Of a DNA stretch of 64,000 bases, positions 57,160-64,000 are shown piece after piece. The notes beneath the pieces were generated by a model. That model made no database searches. It saw only the letters and a program-made list of their open reading frames with translations, and was not told the origin of the DNA. The stretch's first letter is position 1. Each line of letters starts with the position of its first letter. The translations under genes were made by a program, and so were the position numbers. Source of the DNA: Desulfurococcaceae archaeon (GTDB lineage Archaea; Thermoproteota; Thermoprotei_A; Sulfolobales; NBVN01). The DNA is taken from positions 7,359 to 71,358 of the forward strand of contig JAJHQR010000001.1 in assembly GCA_020833255.1 (NCBI GenBank). Direction: 5' to 3'.

Positions 57160-57861
57160 TCAGGTAACCCACTCGTCCAATACATGCGTTAAGTGTTTTA
57201 TGCTCGGTATGATAGCGAATTCCTCGGTCTTGATTACGCTACCTAAGTTTTTGATTAGAACTGCTTTAAGACCTGCTGCTAGAGCGCCAGCGAAGTCCTC
57301 GCGCACGCTATCCCCTACGTGCACCGCTTCATCAGGCTTTAAGTTGAAGTGCCTTAACACTGACGCGAAAGCCTCGAACTCAGGTTTCTGAATACCTGAA
57401 ACGTCTGAGAAGAAGAGCTTGTCTACGTAGTTGCTTAAGCCTGAACTCCTCAAGATACCTAACGTTATCGAGGAATCCCAGAATAAGACGTTACCGAGTA
57501 TCGCGGTCTTGAGCCCTCTGCTCTTAACGTAGGGTAGGACCTCCCTAACACCTTCAACAACTAGATACCCTAGCCTACCCTCCTCAGCCTCCCTCCTCAA
57601 CTCCTCGTGAACCAGCATGAATTTATCCATGCCTAGACCTAGCTTCTCGCAAAGCCTTCTCCTAGACTCTTCCAAGACCTTGCTAGCCGGGACCTTATTT
57701 ATCCTCAAGCTCCTGACGTCGGCTTGAACCCCCCTCAAAACGCTTAAGACGCTGCCTGAGTCTAGGCTTAGTTGTTTAGAGAGCTTGAGCGCGAGCAGCT
57801 CGTGCATCTTCTCTAAAGACAGCAACGTATCCCACACGTCGAAAATAACTAACCTTATCAT
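57160..57861 (-). CDS. HAD-superfamily hydrolase
   Basis: FDVWDTL, QKP, HVGDSVREDFAGA. Confidence 0.88.
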   Translation of the reverse strand: MIRLVIFDVWDTLLSLEKMHELLALKLSKQLSLDSGSVLSVLRGVQADVRSLRINKVPASKVLEESRRRLCEKLGLGMDKFMLVHEELRREAEEGRLGYLVVEGVREVLPYVKSRGLKTAILGNVLFWDSSITLGILRSSGLSNYVDKLFFSDVSGIQKPEFEAFASVLRHFNLKPDEAVHVGDSVREDFAGALAAGLKAVLIKNLGSVIKTEEFAIIPSIKHLTHVLDEWVT

Positions 57862-57933
57862 GTTTGAGCACCCTCCTTAATGAATCAAGTAAGGCATTAT
57901 AGGTTTTGATCTCTAGGGCTTCAAGGCTTGACC

Positions 57934-58746
57934 TCACAACTTCCTCAGAACCTCTATTAAATCAGGTGTTAGACCCCACTCCAACGTCTGAGCTATTTCC
58001 TCGAGGTGTTTCACGTTCTCTGTTTTAACGACCGCTGCTAGGTAGGGTTCGCGTATCACGTAATTCAGCGCTATCTGAACTACGGGTTTGTTTATTCTCG
58101 TAGATATCTCAACTAGCTTAGGGTGTCTCAGTACCTCACCCCTCTCCAGTGGTGTGTAGGCTTGAATAGTTACGTGGTGTTTCAGCGCTGTAGGGAGTAG
58201 GGCTTCCTCGATCTCTTTCCTTAACACGCTGTAGTGTACTTGATTAAGGACTATGTCAGCTTTCTTAGTCGAGTTTATCGCTTCCACCAACTCCGACTCG
58301 TCGAAGTTGCTCACGCCTATGTACCTGGTAAGCCCTTCATCAATTAAAGACTCGAAATTCTTTACTTGTTCTTGAATACTTAACGTCGGGTTAGGCCAGT
58401 GAATCAAGTATAGGTCGACCTCGTCAACCCCCAGCCTCCTGAGCGCTGCCCTACCGTGCTTAAGTACGTCGTACCTGCTCTTCAGCCTATCCGGGAGCAT
58501 CTTAGTTATTAAGAAGACTGAGTCTCTACCAACATGCTTAACCACCCTACCCACCAACTCCTCAGCCCTCCCGGAGCCGTACATCTCCGCAGTGTCTATC
58601 GTGTTAAGACCTAACTCAACGCCCTTAACTAACGTCGTGAAAGCGTCGTTCTCGTTCCTTATACCCCACGTGCCTAGAGCGATCGCCGATATCGTTTCCC
58701 CCGTGTTCCCTAGAGACCTCCTCTTACTGAGGACCGCCTCAACCAA
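57934..58746 (-). CDS. Aldo/keto reductase
   Basis: LGTWG, IDTAEMYG, TK, DLYLIHWP, IGVSNF, AYTPL. Confidence 0.92.
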   Translation of the reverse strand: MVEAVLSKRRSLGNTGETISAIALGTWGIRNENDAFTTLVKGVELGLNTIDTAEMYGSGRAEELVGRVVKHVGRDSVFLITKMLPDRLKSRYDVLKHGRAALRRLGVDEVDLYLIHWPNPTLSIQEQVKNFESLIDEGLTRYIGVSNFDESELVEAINSTKKADIVLNQVHYSVLRKEIEEALLPTALKHHVTIQAYTPLERGEVLRHPKLVEISTRINKPVVQIALNYVIREPYLAAVVKTENVKHLEEIAQTLEWGLTPDLIEVLRKL

Positions 58747-58801
58747 ACGCGAACACCAAGATTAATATTATGTCTTGGAAGATATTTTTGTGGGTAGCTG
58801 A

Positions 58802-59452
58802 TTGAGTGAGGGTGTTGAGATCTCGGTCGCTGAGTGGAGGGCTAGCCTAGAGAAGTTAGGTGAGGTCTTACTAAGTATTTCGAGAGAGATAGGGTTGGAG
58901 GGGGTGGTTAATTCCTTGAGCAAGAGGGTTAAGAACGCTTCAGAACTCCTAGACGCTGACAGGATTAAGGCTTTGATAATTAAGAACGAGCACGCGCTAG
59001 CCTTCATAGCCGCGAGCCCGGAAGAATCTAAGAAGATCGTTTCCGTGAGGACAGGGGCAGGCTTAGTCAGGATACCTATATACCCTAGGGAATTCTACGT
59101 AACTCAAGCAGGTCCTTACGGCATTAAGTGTACGTGTGAGGACGCCTTAATGACCTCAGCTAAAGCCGATAAAGCTTTGATGAGTATAGCCAAGGTCTTA
59201 GAAGCAGACCTCAGTGAGGTGAGGCCCCTACCTATATCGAGTAAGTACATCATATGCAAGCACACGCTAGCCCTAACATCACTCCTGAATAGGCTGGGCA
59301 TCGTGAGACTTGATGACAGCAGGTTCGCGAAAGTGCTGAGGCTAGGTGTCGTGGTCTTAGCTTTGAGGGAGGGTTTAATCAACCAGAACACGCTTAAGGA
59401 ATCGGAAAACCTGACCACACTCCTCAGCGAGTTAATTGAGGTCGGAGATTAG
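58802..59452 (+). CDS. SWIM zinc-finger protein
   Basis: CTCED...CKH SWIM motif with a long insert. Confidence 0.7.
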   Translation: MSEGVEISVAEWRASLEKLGEVLLSISREIGLEGVVNSLSKRVKNASELLDADRIKALIIKNEHALAFIAASPEESKKIVSVRTGAGLVRIPIYPREFYVTQAGPYGIKCTCEDALMTSAKADKALMSIAKVLEADLSEVRPLPISSKYIICKHTLALTSLLNRLGIVRLDDSRFAKVLRLGVVVLALREGLINQNTLKESENLTTLLSELIEVGD

Positions 59453-59497
59453 CTCGCCGGAAGATTCTTCCAGGAGACTCGCAACAGTCTCCATCAT

Positions 59498-59725
59498 CCC
59501 GATTGGAAGCCTCGCTCTTTAGGGTGGGAGGTGGTCAAAAGTTTTAAGATGGTTCTTCGTTTAAGGCATTGGTGTTGGGTGAGTCTAGCGAGCGATGAGC
59601 CCGCACCTCCCCGGAGCTGGCGGCGGGGCCTGAGCAAGTGATGCAGCACCCGTGAGGGGCTCTGAAAGATGAGGGAAAGCCCCAGAGGGTGCAGAACCCC
59701 CGCCATGAATAGCGGGGAGCGTCAG
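59498..59725 (+). mobile_element. Putative miniature IS200/IS605-derived element / orphan omega-RNA locus
   Basis: GAAG plus hairpin CTCGCTCT-TT-AGGGTGGG, TTTTAAGA box, GC-rich stems with C/D-like and K-turn-like motifs. Right end GAAC-CCCCGC-N8-GCGGGG-AGCG-TCAG|. Confidence 0.6.
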
Positions 59726-59730
59726 CGTAA

Positions 59731-60333
59731 TCATTGCTGAGTCTTAGAACATCTCTTCTCTAGCACGTCGCTGAAGAGGAACCATAGCGTGAAGATCCCT
59801 AGAGATAGCCCGACGCCTATGGCTATCCCCCAACCGAGTGAGGACCTTATCTCAGGGCTTAAACCAGTTAAGTCGACTATCATTGAGAGTCCGAAGAAGA
59901 ACATGAGTATGAATAGCAAGCTCTCAACCTTCTTCTCGAAGACTACCGCCTTGCTAAGTATGTCTAGAGCTAGCATCAAGATCAGCAACATTATGACGAC
60001 GCTCGTCACGCGCGTGACGTACGTTATCAGCTCCGTGTATGTTCCGGAGGTCGCTAGAGCGAACACCCTGATAATCATCGTTATAGCTAGTAACGCGATC
60101 CCTATATCGGCTATCATGATCGTTATCGTTGCTACGGAGAATCTTAGACCGCCCGGCACCAGCTCCTTAACGAGGTCTTCGAGGTTGCTCACCCTCACGA
60201 CCCACCTAATAGCCTTATTTATTAGCTTAGCTAGGAGGATTGAGAGCAGGATTATGCCTACAGCTACCACCACGTAGGGGATTAACCTAACGGTGCTCCT
60301 CAAGACCTCGTATAAGATGTCCGTTAACTCCAC
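59731..60333 (-). CDS. Hypothetical membrane protein
   Basis: About 5 hydrophobic helices. Confidence 0.75.
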   Translation of the reverse strand: MELTDILYEVLRSTVRLIPYVVVAVGIILLSILLAKLINKAIRWVVRVSNLEDLVKELVPGGLRFSVATITIMIADIGIALLAITMIIRVFALATSGTYTELITYVTRVTSVVIMLLILMLALDILSKAVVFEKKVESLLFILMFFFGLSMIVDLTGLSPEIRSSLGWGIAIGVGLSLGIFTLWFLFSDVLEKRCSKTQQ

Positions 60334-60343
60334 CGCGAACCAC

Positions 60344-61669
60344 CTACACCCATGAGAGCCTCATGATTAATTCATACAACAACAATATTAAGAATGAGAG
60401 GAACGCCAGAGCTACTAACTGTATGAATAGTCTTAAGACCCTCTTAGAGGTCTCTACGGTGAACGTGTAGCCTATAGTGCTTATCGAGTAGACTAGCTTG
60501 CCGTAACCGTAGGCAGTCCTCGGGGGTACTACCGAGGTCTCGGGAATCGCTAGGACACAAACGAATAAAGCGAGTAACTTGAGGAGTGTTGCGATACTGA
60601 ATACCAGTAGTGGGGCGTCAGGCAGGTATCTCCCGAGAACGGACGCTATGAGTAAGCCGACGGCGCTGGATGAGGTCAGGAACGTGGATGCCTTAATCAC
60701 CCCTAGAGACTCAACGTACTTAGAGTATATCGCCGAAGCTATTAAGTTAGCTCCTATGAAGGTTGCTGAGAGGATCGCTGAGACCAAGACGTGCGTTAGC
60801 GGGTTGCCGAGGAACGGTATTGAGGATGTGAAGGCTACGTTGAGAGCTACTGCGAGGACGTACGCCTTATACCCTCTCCACAGGTAAGGACCTACCACAC
60901 CGCCCAGATTACCGGCTATGTTGAGGGCTATGGTGATGTAGAGCGGTGAGTTCATAGACTTAAGTAGTTGAGGCCATGCAAGACCTATCAGGTTACCCCC
61001 GCTCATCATGAGGATCAGCATTAAGAAGGTGTTCGCTTTCCTCACCTCAACCTCCTCTATCTTTCTAGACTCCCTCAACTCCCTGAAGTCTTTGGGCATG
61101 TCGTAGTATATGAGGGCGGCGGTCGAGAACAGCCCCACCACCGAGGACGTTACGTATGCTACGTAATACGATGTTGGGGCGTCGATGAACGCCGTTATCA
61201 GCATCGAGTATATAGATCCTAGGAGTGAGGACGCCGCACCTAAGGCAGACCTCAAAACACTTATCTCAACGAATTCTTCCTGGACGAAGACGTTGAGTAG
61301 AGCGACGTTTAGTAAGACCCCTACAGGTATTGTCACGGTCAGGGCTACCCCGTAAACAATTATGAGTATGTCCGGGAACCCGATCAGGAAGGGTAGCGTA
61401 GCGAATAAAAGCCTCTCAAGCCCGTGAACCAGCAGTAGCTTCGTCTTTATGTTCCTGGCTAGGGCTTCCGGGTAGTTATAGATTAGGTACGATAAGATGA
61501 CGTTCATTAAAGCCGCGAAGAAAGTCACTTGAGATAACGCGTTGAGTGTGTAGCCTGAGTAGGTGAGCATGGGGACGAAGAGTCCTCTAGTCACCGCTAC
61601 GTAGAAACCGCCGAAAAAAGCTTCCAAACCCATCAAGATCTTCGCGATGTTCTTCCTCACCGCTCGCAC
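60344..61669 (-). CDS. MFS-like membrane transporter
   Basis: About 12-13 TM helices, 441 aa. Confidence 0.7.
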   Translation of the reverse strand: MRAVRKNIAKILMGLEAFFGGFYVAVTRGLFVPMLTYSGYTLNALSQVTFFAALMNVILSYLIYNYPEALARNIKTKLLLVHGLERLLFATLPFLIGFPDILIIVYGVALTVTIPVGVLLNVALLNVFVQEEFVEISVLRSALGAASSLLGSIYSMLITAFIDAPTSYYVAYVTSSVVGLFSTAALIYYDMPKDFRELRESRKIEEVEVRKANTFLMLILMMSGGNLIGLAWPQLLKSMNSPLYITIALNIAGNLGGVVGPYLWRGYKAYVLAVALNVAFTSSIPFLGNPLTHVLVSAILSATFIGANLIASAIYSKYVESLGVIKASTFLTSSSAVGLLIASVLGRYLPDAPLLVFSIATLLKLLALFVCVLAIPETSVVPPRTAYGYGKLVYSISTIGYTFTVETSKRVLRLFIQLVALAFLSFLILLLYELIMRLSWV

Positions 61670-61695
61670 CAGTCACATAAGATTTAGCGGCGGCT

Positions 61696-62619
61696 CTATA
61701 TAGGTTTGGAATCCTTCATGGATCCGTAAACGGTTACCGCGATACCTACCAGAGCTAACGCCATCCCTTCCAGGGTCTCCGCCTGCACTCGCTGACCTAG
61801 TATGAGGGTTGCTAGGAGGGTGGCTCCGGGAGGCTCCCCTAAAGCTATTGATGTGACTACGTAAGACTTCATCCTCTTTAGTAGGTAGTTCATCAAAGTG
61901 TGACCGCCTAACATAGGTATCATAGCTAGTAGGAAGACGTAGGTCCATGAAGTGGTTGTGGCCGGGAGTATGCTTGACTTAGTTATTAGGGCGTAGGCGA
62001 GGAGCGTTATCGAGGCTGACGTGTACGCGGCTATGGTGTAGTTGGTTAGGGGCATGCCGGCCTTCCTGGAGACCCTGCCTAAGTAGAAGTAGCCGGCAGC
62101 GCACAGCGAGCCTACGAACGCTAGGGAAACCCCCTGAACGCCTGCCTCACTACCTAGCTGAGGCCTCGTCGCTATGACGACCCCTGCGAAAGCTGTGGCA
62201 AGCCCCAGGATCTCGGCACTCCTTATATTCTTGTGTGCGATGCCCTCGAGTAGAGCGTTTATTAAGGGGTACATGACCACTACGGTGGTGGAGAGCGCTA
62301 CAGGTATTAAGAAGAGGGACTCCATCCAGGTAAGGAAGTGTAGGCCTAGCAAGACGCCCGCTACGGCGGGCCATAAGTACGTTGACGGGTTGGTAGTGCC
62401 TGAACCGGAACGCTTGGCAACCCCCTCGAAGATCTTGTAGGATAGTATGAGAACAGAACTCACGAAAACCCTCCAGAAAGCGCATACTAACGCCGTAGTG
62501 CCTGAGAGAATCACGAGGACTGAAGCAGAGGATATACTCACCCAAGCAATAATCATTAACGCGACGTCAGCGAGGGATGCCCGCTTCCCCGCACTAGCCG
62601 GGCCGCCGACCCCTCCCAA
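61696..62619 (-). CDS. DMT/EamA family transporter
   Basis: 10 TM helices, AFWR, HFLTWMESL, GHTLMN, LGEP. Confidence 0.88.
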   Translation of the reverse strand: MGGVGGPASAGKRASLADVALMIIAWVSISSASVLVILSGTTALVCAFWRVFVSSVLILSYKIFEGVAKRSGSGTTNPSTYLWPAVAGVLLGLHFLTWMESLFLIPVALSTTVVVMYPLINALLEGIAHKNIRSAEILGLATAFAGVVIATRPQLGSEAGVQGVSLAFVGSLCAAGYFYLGRVSRKAGMPLTNYTIAAYTSASITLLAYALITKSSILPATTTSWTYVFLLAMIPMLGGHTLMNYLLKRMKSYVVTSIALGEPPGATLLATLILGQRVQAETLEGMALALVGIAVTVYGSMKDSKPI

Positions 62620-62670
62620 GCAACTCAGTACCTCGTCAAGCGGTGTCCGGGGGCGCGGTTAAAGGATTCG

Positions 62671-63435
62671 TTAAACGGAGGCTTCCCTCATCACCTTAGC
62701 TAACTTCCCGTAAATGACTTGATCATCTATTAACTCACGCAACTTCCTCAACACTTTCTCGACGTCGTACTTGACTCTGTAGAAACTCACGCTATTGTCT
62801 GAGGTATCGTATATCGCGTACGAGGCCCTGACATCCCCGTCTCTGGGCTGGCCAGCGCTCCCAGGGTTTACCACGGTTGCTTTCCCAACCTTCCTCAGGA
62901 ATTGGTGGTGGGTGTGCCCCACGAAGTACGTCAACACCCCTAACTCACACCCTTTCCTCCCGGCGCTTAACCTGTAGGACTTCCTTTCTTGGAGTAGGAA
63001 GCATATCTCCTCGTTGCTTAGCCATGGGTATAGGTACCCGTAGAGCGGTTGCTGCAGTGTTCCGTGCACGAGTATTATCGCGGGTTCGGCTGACTCAATC
63101 TTAAGTGTTTCAGGTAGGTCGCTCAGGAATTTCCTATCATTATCTGATAATTTCCTCATCGATATAGCGTTCCTCGTATACTCGCTCACGTCATGTAGTT
63201 CGTGGCCGCACCTGCAGTCCACGTTCTTACCTACCGCCTCGTCGTGATTCCCCTTTATTATCTTAGCGCCGGCCCTCCTCACCTCGTCTAGTACTAGGTC
63301 TGGGTCGGGGCCGTAATCAACTAAATCACCTAACACCACGACCTCGTCGTAATTCCTGGCTACCTCCAGGATAGCTTTCAGTGAGTCGTGGTTTGCGTGT
63401 ATATCTGAGATCAGGAGTATCCTACTCATACTCAC
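62671..63435 (-). CDS. Metallophosphoesterase (YfcE/MJ0936-like)
   Basis: SDIHAN, LGDLVDYG, GNHD, VHG, GHTH, NPGSAGQPRDG. Confidence 0.9.
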   Translation of the reverse strand: MSMSRILLISDIHANHDSLKAILEVARNYDEVVVLGDLVDYGPDPDLVLDEVRRAGAKIIKGNHDEAVGKNVDCRCGHELHDVSEYTRNAISMRKLSDNDRKFLSDLPETLKIESAEPAIILVHGTLQQPLYGYLYPWLSNEEICFLLQERKSYRLSAGRKGCELGVLTYFVGHTHHQFLRKVGKATVVNPGSAGQPRDGDVRASYAIYDTSDNSVSFYRVKYDVEKVLRKLRELIDDQVIYGKLAKVMREASV

Positions 63436-64000
63436 TCACCTACTAAAGCGTATTCCTTCTCCTTAATAAAGACGACGAGTAAAGCTCCAGCAGCTATTAT
63501 CACTGAAGCGTAACCCACGTTCCTAGTCACCACACTTAAGTCGGTTGTCTCAGAGCTTATCGTGAATTGGTATACCACGTTATCCACTAAATATGCTTGA
63601 GTCTCCTGCACTACCAAGACCTGAGTCGTTATCTTGCCGTAACCATACGCTAGGAAGCCTTCCGAGTCGTAGTACCCCTTGAAGTAATTGATTAGTAAGC
63701 TGACGTTACGCCTCACGTTCCCAACCCTTAAGAGGATTGTGTAGTGCTGGTTCTCTAACTCTACGTTCTTGCCCGCGTAACCCTCACCGTATATTAGTTT
63801 AGCGGCGTTAAGCCTGCTCAGCAATATCCTGGTAGTGTCTAGGGGGGTTTCCGCGATGTAGTTCTGGACGTTAGGTAATTGAATCACCGCGTAATCCCTG
63901 TACGGGGTTCCGTCGTAGGTGTACTGCAGGTTCACGACCTTCACGCTACCTACCTCGGGCAATGCCGTGAGTATGTAGAAACCCCCTAGAATAATCGATA
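63432..64000 (-). CDS. Hypothetical membrane-anchored protein, 5'-truncated by the window edge
   Basis: Frame stays open past the TTG at 63962 to the window end (SIILGGFYILTALPEVG...). C-terminal TM helix. Confidence 0.7.
   Translation of the reverse strand, partial: SIILGGFYILTALPEVGSVKVVNLQYTYDGTPYRDYAVIQLPNVQNYIAETPLDTTRILLSRLNAAKLIYGEGYAGKNVELENQHYTILLRVGNVRRNVSLLINYFKGYYDSEGFLAYGYGKITTQVLVVQETQAYLVDNVVYQFTISSETTDLSVVTRNVGYASVIIAAGALLVVFIKEKEYALVGE

Noticed and set aside
59473..59492. Hairpin GGAGACT-CGCAAC-AGTCTCC after the SWIM gene
   Set aside because: The hairpin is real but has no U-tract and an unclear relation to the neighbouring element, so it was not called as a terminator.
59655..59690. 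Hammerhead-like CTGAAAGA...GAAA core
   Set aside because: CUGANGA spacing is wrong and stems I and II are missing; better explained as part of the mini-element RNA.
59494..59706. 70-aa minus-strand ORF as a tnpB remnant
   Set aside because: No RuvC or zinc-finger motif, and it is on the opposite strand to the element ends.
1551..63104. Numerous 60-190 aa ORFs antisense to or nested in assigned genes
   Set aside because: They overlap well-supported CDSs and lack recognisable motifs or start signals.

Overview
A gene-dense archaeal chromosome segment. Box C/D sRNAs, an archaeal RNase P RNA, form III RuBisCO, GAPN and a ThiR-type regulator point to a hyperthermophilic crenarchaeon, probably Desulfurococcales (inference). 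Contents in order: the end of an oligopeptide ABC operon; a GH57 amylopullulanase-malEFG starch operon; a box C/D sRNA cluster; a WOR5-like tungsten oxidoreductase operon; alpha-glucan phosphorylase; ThiR plus a YkoEDC ECF transporter; Moco genes; an Fe3+/thiamine-type ABC system; an aminotransferase-ACD-IOR module; a CysK-like/M19 dipeptidase/GGT trio; rnpB; cysS; gapN; rbcL. No CRISPR array, tRNA, rRNA or transposase gene was seen. The most striking non-coding signal is two unrelated, protein-free mini-elements of about 230-300 bp (48679-48982 and 59498-59725). Each shows IS200/IS605-type left and right ends, an internal TATA-like box and a K-turn-containing structured RNA, so they are candidate stand-alone TnpB omega-RNA cassettes. 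Each ends at or near the stop codon of a convergent gene. Other leads are an RNase P RNA with A in place of the conserved P4 bulged U, a C/D sRNA whose guides match the 16S rRNA termini, a probable CTG start codon and an unannotated 36-aa ORF. All protein calls come from motifs read by eye; no database searches were run.
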